DNA of 64,000 bases, from NCBI GenBank assembly GCA_031963405.1, contig JASSUJ010000001.1:1547802-1611801 (forward strand), read 5' to 3'. Position 1 is the stretch's first letter. The number at the start of each line of letters is the position of its first letter. The position numbers and the translations under genes are program-made. Below are positions 41,450 through 50,194 of the stretch, in pieces. The notes under the pieces were generated by a model, which saw only the letters and a list, made by a program, of their open reading frames with translations, was not told the origin of the DNA and did no database searches. The stretch comes from Mycoavidus cysteinexigens (GTDB lineage: Bacteria; Pseudomonadota; Gammaproteobacteria; Burkholderiales; Burkholderiaceae).

Positions 41450-42048
41450 TGAAAAACTCTCTTCAGGCGGCCGCTTGGACAAGCGATACCGCAAAATTTT
41501 AAGACTTCATCGACATGCTCAGCAAAATCACTCAGGCCATGATTGCTGCCCTGGATGAGCGTGGTCCTAACTTTAGGATATTTTGTAAGCATGTCCCGAT
41601 AATCGAGTACTTGGTCGCCCGTAGCGGCAATTAAATAATAGCGCTCCGGGCGCGTTATGTTGGGCATTGCAAATTCGGTTAATTCATCTAAATAAGCGGG
41701 CAGGCACGCCGTATCGCTAATCATCTGTTCGTTCACCTGCTCGCTCAAATAGCGTGGCGCATCATGTGATGGCTGGGTAGCCGGATTAAGTAATACAGCG
41801 CGACAGCCAAATTGCTCAGCAAACCAAGTTGCATAATAGCCACCTAATGAGCTGCCTATCAACGTGAGATCAGCTGGCGCATACGTGTTGCACAGCGCTT
41901 TGATAAGCGCGCCGGTTTTAGCCGGTGAGATAGGAAGCTGCGGGCACTGCCAAAGGTCCGCGTAGCCTAGCTCCGTAAGCCGCGCTGCTAGCAGCTGTGC
42001 TTTAAACGAAGCGGGCGATGCGCGAAAACCATGCAGATAGACAATCAT
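41446..42048 (-). CDS. YqiA/YcfP-family alpha/beta hydrolase (esterase)
   Basis: 200 aa with MIVYLHGFRASPAS and the nucleophile elbow GSSLGG. The start overlaps the mpl stop (ATGA). Confidence 0.8.
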   Translation of the reverse strand: MIVYLHGFRASPASFKAQLLAARLTELGYADLWQCPQLPISPAKTGALIKALCNTYAPADLTLIGSSLGGYYATWFAEQFGCRAVLLNPATQPSHDAPRYLSEQVNEQMISDTACLPAYLDELTEFAMPNITRPERYYLIAATGDQVLDYRDMLTKYPKVRTTLIQGSNHGLSDFAEHVDEVLKFCGIACPSGRLKRVFQ

Positions 42049-43460
42049 CCTTGCACTTGAGCAAACTCAGCGGCGCCGAGCGTAGTGAGTAACTTATCGT
42101 GAATTCCACCAAAGCCGCCATTACTCATGACTAGAATATGGTCGCCAGGACGTGCCTGGGTCGCGACAGCGCGTATGAGTTGATCCAGATCGTCAAACGC
42201 ATACGCACGCTCTTCGCCTAGTGGCGCAAGGGTTAGTGCTAAATCCCAGTTGAGTGTGTCACGCCCTTCTTTGACGCTATAGCCGAATACTAAATCAGCG
42301 CCAGCCAAGCTAGTTAAGAGGCGTGCCTTCATCAGCCCAAGTTTCATCGTATTGGAACGTGGCTCAAGCACGGCCAGAATGCGCCCCTGCTCGCCAATCC
42401 GTGCTCGCAAGCCTGCAATGGTCGTGCCGATGGCAGTGGGATGGTGGGCAAAATCATCGTATAGGGTGATGCCATTTACCTCGCCGCGCACTTCCATGCG
42501 GCGTTTGACGCCCTGAAATTCGCTCAGTGCCTCTGCACCTTGCGCTGGCGGAACGCCCAGATGGCGCGCAGCCGCAATAGCAGCAAGGGCATTGAGGCGA
42601 TTATGCTCGCCTTGCAGTGCCCAGTTAACGGTGCCCACTTGTTGTGCTTGCCAGTGGATAGCGAATTTCTCTGCTGTGGCTGAGGTGCCATCGATAATCT
42701 GCGCCTGCCATCCATCGGGCGTGCCAAAATATTCAAGCTCGCTCCAACAGCCACGGTCGATGACACGTTTTAAAGCCTCTTCTCGACCGTTCACAAGCAG
42801 CCGCCCAGAAGCAGGTACGATACGCATTAAATGATGAAATTGCGTTTCAATCGCTGCAAGATCAGCGAAAATATCAGCATGATCATATTCAAGGTTGTTG
42901 AGAATGACGGTGCGAGGACGATAGTGGACAAATTTTGAGCGCTTATCAAAAAACGCTGTATCGTACTCATCAGCTTCGATAACAAAAAAATTGGAGTCAG
43001 CGTTAAGACGTGCCGATACGCCAAAATTGAGTGGCACGCCGCCAATTAAAAAGCTTGGATTAAGGCCAGCTGCTTCAAGCAGCCACGTCAGCATGGAGGC
43101 GGTAGTGGTCTTGCCGTGAGTGCCGGCTACGGCTAGTACCCATTTATTGGCTAAGACGTGCTCGCTAAGCCATTGTGGGCCTGATGTATAGGGCAGGCCT
43201 CGATCGAGGATGGCTTCCATTAACGGATTGCCGCGCTTAACGACATTGCCAATCACATAAAGATCAGGTGCCGAATCGAACTGAGTGAGCTGAGCAGTGC
43301 TGTAACCGTCAATCAACTCAATGCCTTGCGCCTCAAGCTGTGTGCTCATCGGCGGATAAACCTGAGCGTCGCAGCCAGTGACTCGATGACCAGCGGCGCG
43401 TGCTAACAAAGCAAGGCCGCCCATGAAAGTGCCGCAAATGCCAAGGATATGGATATGCAT
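42045..43460 (-). CDS. mpl: UDP-N-acetylmuramate:L-alanyl-gamma-D-glutamyl-meso-diaminopimelate ligase
   Basis: Mur ligase family with MHIHILGICGTFMGGLA and the P-loop VAGTHGKTTT. I chose the ATG at 43460. The track ORF extends to 43499. Confidence 0.9.
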   Translation of the reverse strand: MHIHILGICGTFMGGLALLARAAGHRVTGCDAQVYPPMSTQLEAQGIELIDGYSTAQLTQFDSAPDLYVIGNVVKRGNPLMEAILDRGLPYTSGPQWLSEHVLANKWVLAVAGTHGKTTTASMLTWLLEAAGLNPSFLIGGVPLNFGVSARLNADSNFFVIEADEYDTAFFDKRSKFVHYRPRTVILNNLEYDHADIFADLAAIETQFHHLMRIVPASGRLLVNGREEALKRVIDRGCWSELEYFGTPDGWQAQIIDGTSATAEKFAIHWQAQQVGTVNWALQGEHNRLNALAAIAAARHLGVPPAQGAEALSEFQGVKRRMEVRGEVNGITLYDDFAHHPTAIGTTIAGLRARIGEQGRILAVLEPRSNTMKLGLMKARLLTSLAGADLVFGYSVKEGRDTLNWDLALTLAPLGEERAYAFDDLDQLIRAVATQARPGDHILVMSNGGFGGIHDKLLTTLGAAEFAQVQG

Positions 43461-43590
43461 CAGAGTGTATCGAGGAAAGATGGGTATAAAGCGTTGCATT
43501 GTACCCTTGTCGACGCGTTTTGCTTGCCCGCCTTTGCCTGTTCTATTAATGATTTACTCCGCTAACTAGAAGGCGGATGGATGTAATTAA

Positions 43591-44145
43591 ATGAAAAAAA
43601 ATAAAATGACACGTCAGATTTTGTCCAACATTAAGCAAGAAGAGCAAGGTATCTCAAGCTTTGCCGTGGAAGCGGGGCAGCTTGAGCAGTTAGCTGTCTT
43701 ACGCAAAATCGCTTTGCATTGGATGGCGCGCTTAGCTAGCTTTAATCCGTATTTAATAGGTGAGGTATTAGAGGGTACGGCCACTCAATACTCTGATATT
43801 AGTTTGCAGATTTTTTGCGATGACACAAAAGAGCTGGCTATTTTTCTGCTCGACGCAGGGATCCAATATCAAGTTAACCCAACGCCAGTCACTCGCTTTA
43901 CTCACGCCAGCAAACATCGCAGTGAGACGCTGAGCTTTATTTGGCAGAGCGCAAATAATGAAGAGGCAGTAGGGATTCACCTTGAGGTATATGATCTGGA
44001 CGATTTACGCCGGCTGCCACGTGCTGATGCGCAGGGTAGGCCCCTGCGTATGAATCAGCAAAAAGTTGCTGCATTGATTAAAAATAGTGAGGGTAGCGAG
44101 GCAGAATCTGCAAATGGCTTGTCTGATGCGCCACCTTCTGTTTAA
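43591..44145 (+). CDS. Conserved hypothetical protein (possibly a minimal nucleotidyltransferase-like fold)
   Basis: 184-aa ORF. The segment LIGEVLEGTATQYSDISLQIFCDD loosely resembles the GS-x-G...D-x-D core of nucleotidyltransferases. The assignment is weak. Confidence 0.5.
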   Translation: MKKNKMTRQILSNIKQEEQGISSFAVEAGQLEQLAVLRKIALHWMARLASFNPYLIGEVLEGTATQYSDISLQIFCDDTKELAIFLLDAGIQYQVNPTPVTRFTHASKHRSETLSFIWQSANNEEAVGIHLEVYDLDDLRRLPRADAQGRPLRMNQQKVAALIKNSEGSEAESANGLSDAPPSV

Positions 44146-44236
44146 GAAGCAAATTAATAAGCGAGATAAAAGGTGAGATAAAAGGCGAGCGCTGGTGGCT
44201 TGTGCAACCTAAAGCTAAATTTATCTAGAAAAATAA

Positions 44237-44788
44237 ATGAAGACAAAGCGCCTTTTTATATTGATGTGGTTGGTTGGCGGGTTAGCTTGCACGATTGGCC
44301 TTTATGCCAGCTGGCGCTTTTTTAAAGAGCCGTTTAAACAAACCAGACCAAGCACGAATCTTGCCGCGTTGTGGCAGGCTAAGCTGCCCGACCAAGTGGG
44401 CCGTATGCAGTCGCTTGCTCAATATCGAGGCCGCCCGCTTGTGGTGAATTTTTGGGCTGCATGGTGTGAGCCTTGTGTTGAAGAGATGCCCGTGCTATCC
44501 GCTTTGCAAAAGAAATACGCAGCTAAAGGCGTTCATTTTATTGGTATCGCCGTTGACTCTGCGACTAACGTCGCGCAATTTATGCAAAAAGTAAAAGTAG
44601 ATTACGCGCTTTATAGCGCTGGCTATGGAGGACTAGCGCTTGCGCGTGCACTGGGTAATACGCAGGGCGGGCTGCCCTTTACCGTATTAATCGATGCTTC
44701 AGGCAAGATACATAGCACGCTGCTTGGCAGTGTTACGCGTGATGAAAAGCGGTTAAACGCTTTGTCAGAGCAACTGGATGCGTTGTAA
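44237..44788 (+). CDS. TlpA-family thiol:disulfide oxidoreductase (thioredoxin fold)
   Basis: It has an N-terminal TM/signal anchor and the redox motif VVNFWAAWCEPCVEEMP. Confidence 0.8.
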   Translation: MKTKRLFILMWLVGGLACTIGLYASWRFFKEPFKQTRPSTNLAALWQAKLPDQVGRMQSLAQYRGRPLVVNFWAAWCEPCVEEMPVLSALQKKYAAKGVHFIGIAVDSATNVAQFMQKVKVDYALYSAGYGGLALARALGNTQGGLPFTVLIDASGKIHSTLLGSVTRDEKRLNALSEQLDAL

Positions 44789-44820
44789 TTTGGTGAGGGT
44801 TTTACCCATTTGCTTTTATG

Positions 44821-45602
44821 TTAGTGCCTATGCTGTGCACGCCGACCTTCTTGATTCCCCAAAATCTTCGCCGCTTCTGACTTAATAGCTTGGATTGCCT
44901 CTTCTACAGGCTTCTGTCCAAGATTATTTCTCACACTTTTTGCGGCGCTCAACGCCGTTTCCCCTTTTATCCCCACTACCCCCTCTATATCAACTAGCGT
45001 GGGGTTTGCGCCTTTGAATTTCACCGCGTGTTCTGCTGTAGGGTCATTTAGGGTCTCTGTTAGGGTGTGCAGCGCCGTTTTGCCATCCCGTTGCCCTGTT
45101 TTTCCAGCTTATCGAATGCTGCTGCTGAGATATGCAGTGCCGTTTTACGATCTTGATCAATTAATTTGGGATCCGCGCCTTTCTCGAGCAAGAGCGTGAT
45201 GACTTGGGCTGCATGCTTAGCTGCGGGGCCACGTAAGGCTTTTGCTACGATATTCAGTACTAGCTGCCCCTCTTTATCATGCTGATTAAGTTCTATTCCG
45301 CCCTTAGACAATAGCTCGTTGATGACTGTTGCAGCGTGCTCCGCTCCAGGGCCATTTAGGGCTTTTGCCGCGACATGCAGTGCTGTTTTACGATCGTGAG
45401 TAGTGAGTTCGGGCTCTTGATCGTTTCTGAGCAGTAGCGTGATTACCTCTGTCGCCTGCTGTGCTTCCTGGCCGTCTAGCAATATGGTTGCGAGATGCAA
45501 CGCCATCCTACGGTTTTGATGAGCTAGCTCTGGGGTTGTGCGGTCCGCGAGCAATTGTTGGATTTCTGCTAGCGTTGGTTTTACTTGCTCAATATCAGGC
45601 AT
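44821..45602 (-). pseudogene. Ankyrin-repeat protein gene interrupted by a frameshift at a T5/A5 run
   Basis: Two adjacent ORFs (45060-45602 and 44821-45024, whose frame is open upstream to about 45110) both encode ANK-like repeats (KTALHVAAKALNGPGAEHAATVINELL; KTALHTLTETLNDPTAEHAV). Adding one A to the A5 run (plus-strand T5 at 45099-45103) gives a single 260-codon ORF that reads ...DKLEKTGQRDGKTALHTL.... Confidence 0.7.
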
Positions 45603-45763
45603 ATCTATGATTATCCGCTCAGGGTTTACCTTCTTCGCTAGCTCAATAAACCGTTCCTTGCTTCACGTAGCTTGACGGTAGTTGGAAGATAGTCTGGAAT
45701 CTTTGAAATAAAATGAGTTCTAGTAAAGTAAGGCAATCGTTCAAATGCTTTCGTAGGGTGATA

Positions 45764-45787
45764 CGAAATTTTGCTTGAGCACGCGAA
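45764..45787 (-). promoter_or_regulatory. PIP/hrpII-type box TTCG-N16-TTCG
   Basis: The minus strand reads ttcgcgtgctcaagcaaaatttcg (TTCGC-N15-TTCGT), about 162 bp upstream of the ankyrin gene ATG at 45602. Confidence 0.55.
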
Positions 45788-46085
45788 AAATGTTTTGAGG
45801 ATAGAAGGTGTTTTTTTATTTTGGCTTTAATTAAGGGCTGATGAAGTTAACATGCACAATTTGCAAGCAGCGTAAAACAAATTTAGGGGAGAGCTAAATA
45901 AGTTGGGCGATGCGGAGTATTCTGGCTGTGCAGGCCGTACTGCTTGCCTTAGCATTCTTTGCGCGTAATTTATGCAGAGCTTTGTTAAGCAAAATTTACG
46001 TTTAATTACTTTTAAGCTACACAAAAACTGGACAATTTCTCTCTTTCAACGGTAAAGTTCGCCCATTTTTCAGAAATTGACTTAT

Positions 46086-46538
46086 ATGATTTCACGCATA
46101 TTGGTATTGCACGGACCCAATCTCAATTTGCTTGGGCAGCGCGAACCGGAAATATATGGTCATTTGACGCTGGATGAGATTAATCAAAAGCTCATTGCGC
46201 ACGCTCAGGCTAAGGGCGTGGTGTTGGAAACCTTTCAAAGTAATTGCGAAGGCACGTTAATTGACCGCTTACATCAAGCGCATCAGGATGGCGTCGAGTT
46301 TGTGATTATTAATCCGGCGGCCTACACGCACACAAGTGTGGCCCTGCGCGATGCGCTAATGGGTGTGGATACGCCGTTTGTGGAAGTGCATTTATCAAAT
46401 ATTTACAGTCGTGATGCCTTTCGGCATAAATCGTTTTTCTCCGACCTAGCGCAAGGTGTAATCTGTGGCTTTGGTTGGCAAGGTTATTTGTTTGCGCTCG
46501 ATTTCGCTTTGAACACCGCTACCGCTAAATCGCGTTGA
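46086..46538 (+). CDS. aroQ: Type II 3-dehydroquinate dehydratase
   Basis: [36 protein letters not shown] and [12 protein letters not shown] are present. I chose the ATG at 46086. Confidence 0.9.
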   Translation: MISRILVLHGPNLNLLGQREPEIYGHLTLDEINQKLIAHAQAKGVVLETFQSNCEGTLIDRLHQAHQDGVEFVIINPAAYTHTSVALRDALMGVDTPFVEVHLSNIYSRDAFRHKSFFSDLAQGVICGFGWQGYLFALDFALNTATAKSR

Positions 46539-46573
46539 GCGTGTCAGGCATGGATAAGAAAGGGAATATCTAG

Positions 46574-47032
46574 ATGGATTTACGCAAGTTAAAAACCCTA
46601 CTCGACTTAGTGTCGGAATCTAATATCGCAGAATTAGAAGTCACTGAGGGTGAAAGTACGGTCCGCATCGTTAAAAGCGTGCCGCCAGTTTATTTGCCCG
46701 CTGCTCCGGCAGAGTCGCAATTGACTACATTCACGCAAGCCGCTCCGGCTCCCATCGTTTCTATGGAAGGCGCAGCTTCTGCGGCGCCAGGGCCGCAAGC
46801 TCATTTGTTGACCTCACCCATGGTAGGTACCTTTTACCGCGCTTCTTCACCTGGCTCGGAACCCTTCGTACAGATTGGCGATACCGTCAGAGAAGGTCAA
46901 ACCCTCTGCATTATTGAAGCGATGAAACTGCTCAACGAAATTGAAGCAGATAAGGCTGGCGTCGTAAAAGAAATTTGTGTCGAAAACGGCCAAGCGGTTG
47001 AGTTTGGTCAGACTTTGTTTGTGATTGGTTAA
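46574..47032 (+). CDS. accB: Acetyl-CoA carboxylase biotin carboxyl carrier protein
   Basis: 152 aa with an Ala/Pro-rich linker and the biotinylation motif CIIEAMKLLNEIEAD. Confidence 0.95.
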   Translation: MDLRKLKTLLDLVSESNIAELEVTEGESTVRIVKSVPPVYLPAAPAESQLTTFTQAAPAPIVSMEGAASAAPGPQAHLLTSPMVGTFYRASSPGSEPFVQIGDTVREGQTLCIIEAMKLLNEIEADKAGVVKEICVENGQAVEFGQTLFVIG

Positions 47033-47041
47033 TGGGTTTGT

Positions 47042-48406
47042 ATGTTTGAAAAGATCCTAATTGCTAACCGTGGCGAGATTGCGCTGCGTATTCAGCGCGC
47101 CTGCCGTGAGCTTGGCATAAAAACCGTTGTGGTCTATTCGGAAGCTGACAAAGAAGCCAAGTATGTGCGCCTGGCCGATGAGGCTGTGTGCATTGGCCCG
47201 GCTGCATCAGCGCTTTCTTATCTGAATATGCCGGCCCTTATCAGTGCGGCTGAAGTTACCGATGCTGAAGCGATTCATCCTGGCTATGGCTTTCTCTCAG
47301 AAAATGCCGATTTTGCTGAACGCGTTGAGCAATCTGGCTTTACTTTTATTGGGCCGAGACCAGAAACGATTCGTTTAATGGGCGATAAAGTTTCTGCCAA
47401 GCAAGCCATGATTAGAGCTGGTGTGCCTTGCGTGCCTGGCTCCGAAGGCGCATTGCCTGAGGATCCGAAAGAGGTGAAGAAGATTGCGCGGGAAATCGGT
47501 TACCCCGTGATTATTAAAGCGGCAGGCGGTGGCGGCGGGCGTGGTATGCGCATTGTGCATACGGAAGCGGCTTTGATTAATGCGGTCAGTATGACGCGGC
47601 AAGAAGCGGGCGCTGCATTTGGTAATCCCCAAGTGTATATGGAGAAATTCCTCGAAAATCCGCGCCATATCGAAATTCAAATACTCGCAGACAAACATAA
47701 AGGGGCAATTTGGCTGGGCGAGCGCGACTGCTCGATGCAGCGCCGCCACCAAAAAATTATTGAAGAAGCACCAGCCCCGCACATTCCGCGGCGTTCCATT
47801 GAGCGCTTAGCAACCCGCTGTGCAGATGCGTGCAAGAAGATGGGCTACCTGGGCGCGGGTACCTTCGAATTTCTCTATGAGGATAATGAGTTTTACTTTA
47901 TCGAGATGAATACGCGGGTGCAGGTTGAGCACCCGGTGACGGAGATGATTACCGGTTTTGATATCGTCCAAGCGCAAATTCTTGTAGCGGCTGGTCAACG
48001 CTTGCCTAAGCAGCGCGAGGTTACGTTTAATGGCCATGCGATTGAGTGCAGGATTAACGCGGAGCACGCGGTCAAATTCACGCCTTCTGCGGGCCTCATT
48101 ACCTTACTGCATGCGCCGGGTGGCCCAGGGATTCGGGTGGATTCGCACGCTTACACAGGCTATTTTGTGCCGCCGCACTATGACTCGATGATTGGCAAAG
48201 TCATTGCCTACGGCGCCACGCGTGAGCAAGCGATTAAACGGATGCGCATCGCGCTCTCCGAGATGGTCGTTGAAGGCATTTATACGAATATCCCCCTGCA
48301 CCGTGAGCTGATGTTGGATGCGAAATTCGTTGAAGGCGGTACCAGCATCCATTATCTAGAAAATAAAATGGCGGCCAATCAGCAAGCAGCGTTAGAAAAG
48401 GTGTAA
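47042..48406 (+). CDS. accC: Acetyl-CoA carboxylase biotin carboxylase subunit
   Basis: 454 aa with [17 protein letters not shown], the ATP-grasp loop [13 protein letters not shown] and [14 protein letters not shown]. Confidence 0.95.
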   Translation: MFEKILIANRGEIALRIQRACRELGIKTVVVYSEADKEAKYVRLADEAVCIGPAASALSYLNMPALISAAEVTDAEAIHPGYGFLSENADFAERVEQSGFTFIGPRPETIRLMGDKVSAKQAMIRAGVPCVPGSEGALPEDPKEVKKIAREIGYPVIIKAAGGGGGRGMRIVHTEAALINAVSMTRQEAGAAFGNPQVYMEKFLENPRHIEIQILADKHKGAIWLGERDCSMQRRHQKIIEEAPAPHIPRRSIERLATRCADACKKMGYLGAGTFEFLYEDNEFYFIEMNTRVQVEHPVTEMITGFDIVQAQILVAAGQRLPKQREVTFNGHAIECRINAEHAVKFTPSAGLITLLHAPGGPGIRVDSHAYTGYFVPPHYDSMIGKVIAYGATREQAIKRMRIALSEMVVEGIYTNIPLHRELMLDAKFVEGGTSIHYLENKMAANQQAALEKV

Positions 48407-48490
48407 GCCTAGCTAGTAAGTACGCTCTTAGCAAAGATTCGCCAAGGTAATTACGGACTAGTGAGGGTTTGCTTGAGTTGAGACGAGTAA

Positions 48491-48531
48491 TGCTTCAAGG
48501 CCAGTACGTTAAGTACTGGCCTTGAAGCATA
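48491..48531. repeat. Perfect 18-bp-stem hairpin downstream of accC
   Basis: atgcttcaaggccagtac-gttaa-gtactggccttgaagcat has no U-tract on either strand, so it looks REP-like rather than a canonical terminator. Confidence 0.6.
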
Positions 48532-48572
48532 AAGTCACCATCCAGCTTAGGCAGACCTTCGTTAGGAAACAT

Positions 48573-48650
48573 TAGACTTCTTTCGATTCCCCGTAGCAAG
48601 GAATTCCTTTGATGCGGAATGACGCCGTTACGGGGGGCGAAAGAAGTCTA
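48573..48650. repeat. Palindromic element with 13-bp termini
   Basis: tagacttctttcg...(ccccgta / tacgggg inner repeat)...cgaaagaagtcta. Confidence 0.5.
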
Positions 48651-48791
48651 TTAAAGAAACTAAGAGCGAAATCACCTCTTCTTACCGTGCAGGCGCATTA
48701 TCTGCGGTGGCATTCTTTACTCCCGATTTATTCAGCACTTTCCCCGAACTAAAAAGCGCGCAGCGCTGCTCAAATAAAAGTTGATGCTGTG

Positions 48792-49979
48792 ATGGAACTG
48801 GCTAATAAACATTTCGTACTCGGCTTAACAGGCGGTATCGCCTGCTATAAATCGGCCGAATTGACCCGCTTACTTAGCAAGGCGGGGGCGAGCGTGCAAG
48901 TTGCGATGACTGAGGCAGCTACGCAATTTATAACGCCCGTGACCATGCAAGCGCTCTCAGGGCAGCCGGTGTATACAAGCCAATGGGATGCGCGTAGCGC
49001 AGATAATATGGCGCACATTGGCCTATCACGGCGCGCTGATGCCATTATTGTTGCGCCCGCCTCAGCAGATTTCTTGGCCAAGCTCACGCATGGGCTGGCT
49101 GATGATTTACTCTCAACCCTTTGTCTTGCCCGTGATTGTCCGTTGCTCGTCGCGCCCGCAATGAATTTGCAAATGTGGCAAAACCCAGCTACGCAGCGCA
49201 ATATCGCGCAATTGCAAGCTGACAACATAACTGTGCTTGGCCCCGATACAGGTGCGCAAGCATGTGGAGAGACAGGCGCTGGGCGCATGCTTGAGCCTCA
49301 CAGTATTCTTGCTGCGATAACGGCCTTCTTTCAGCCCAAGTGGCTAGCGGGTAAGCGTGTACTCCTCACTGCAGGCCCAACCTTTGAACCTATCGACCCC
49401 GTACGCGCGATGACTAATCGCTCCAGCGGCAAAATGGGCTTTGCCCTTGCACGAGCCGCCTTTGAGAGTGGGGCACAGGTTGAGTTGATCGCAGGCCCAA
49501 CTGCGCTTGCCACGCCAGAAGGTGTAAAGCGTAAAGAAGTCGAAACCGCCCAGCAAATGTTTGAGGCAGTAATGACTGCAGCTCCTCAGGCAGATATCTT
49601 CATTGCAGTAGCCGCCGTGGCTGACTGGCGCGTTAGCGAAGTGGCACCACATAAAATCAAAAAAAATGCTGCAGGCAAGGTGCCGCAACTTAACTTCGTA
49701 CAAAACCCCGATATTTTGGCAAGTGTTGCCACGCTGCCAAGCCCGCCATTTTGCGTCGGGTTTGCTGCCGAGAGCGAAGACCCTGAAAAGCATGGCGAAG
49801 CTAAGCGCCTGCGTAAAAATGTTCCGCTACTTATTGGCAACCGTTGCCCTGCTGCCTTTGGCAGTGACGATAACGAGCTGATGTTATTTGATGCGGCTGG
49901 CATCACGCGCTTGCCTCGCGACAGTAAGCAAGCGTTAGCACGTTTACTCATTGCTGAGATCGCACGCCGCTTACCTTGA
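48792..49979 (+). CDS. coaBC: Bifunctional phosphopantothenoylcysteine decarboxylase / phosphopantothenate--cysteine ligase
   Basis: It has an N-terminal flavoprotein domain (LGLTGGIACYKSAEL, PAMN..M) and a C-terminal CoaB domain (ITNRSSGKMG-type: MTNRSSGKMGFALA). The ATG is at 48792. Confidence 0.9.
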   Translation: MELANKHFVLGLTGGIACYKSAELTRLLSKAGASVQVAMTEAATQFITPVTMQALSGQPVYTSQWDARSADNMAHIGLSRRADAIIVAPASADFLAKLTHGLADDLLSTLCLARDCPLLVAPAMNLQMWQNPATQRNIAQLQADNITVLGPDTGAQACGETGAGRMLEPHSILAAITAFFQPKWLAGKRVLLTAGPTFEPIDPVRAMTNRSSGKMGFALARAAFESGAQVELIAGPTALATPEGVKRKEVETAQQMFEAVMTAAPQADIFIAVAAVADWRVSEVAPHKIKKNAAGKVPQLNFVQNPDILASVATLPSPPFCVGFAAESEDPEKHGEAKRLRKNVPLLIGNRCPAAFGSDDNELMLFDAAGITRLPRDSKQALARLLIAEIARRLP

Positions 49980-50194
49980 GTGCTCTTCCGTGCTGGTATT
50001 GCAGTTGCAGTGCTTGCAAGTGGTATTTACCTTTTATTGCAAGCTTTGCTCTCTTTTCTTCCTCATAGGTTTTTTATAAAACGCCTAGTTTGCTTTGTAT
50101 TGATTAAAATTTTTTAATAAATCGACTGCCTACATTAGCGTTGCTATGCATTTTGGATAAATTCTGAGATGAATTTTTCTGATGAATAATCTAT

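Noticed and set aside
44821-45024. The 67-aa ORF treated as an independent small gene.
   Set aside because: Its frame is open well upstream of the annotated GTG and continues the ankyrin repeats of the preceding ORF. It is better explained as the 3' part of a frameshifted ankyrin gene.
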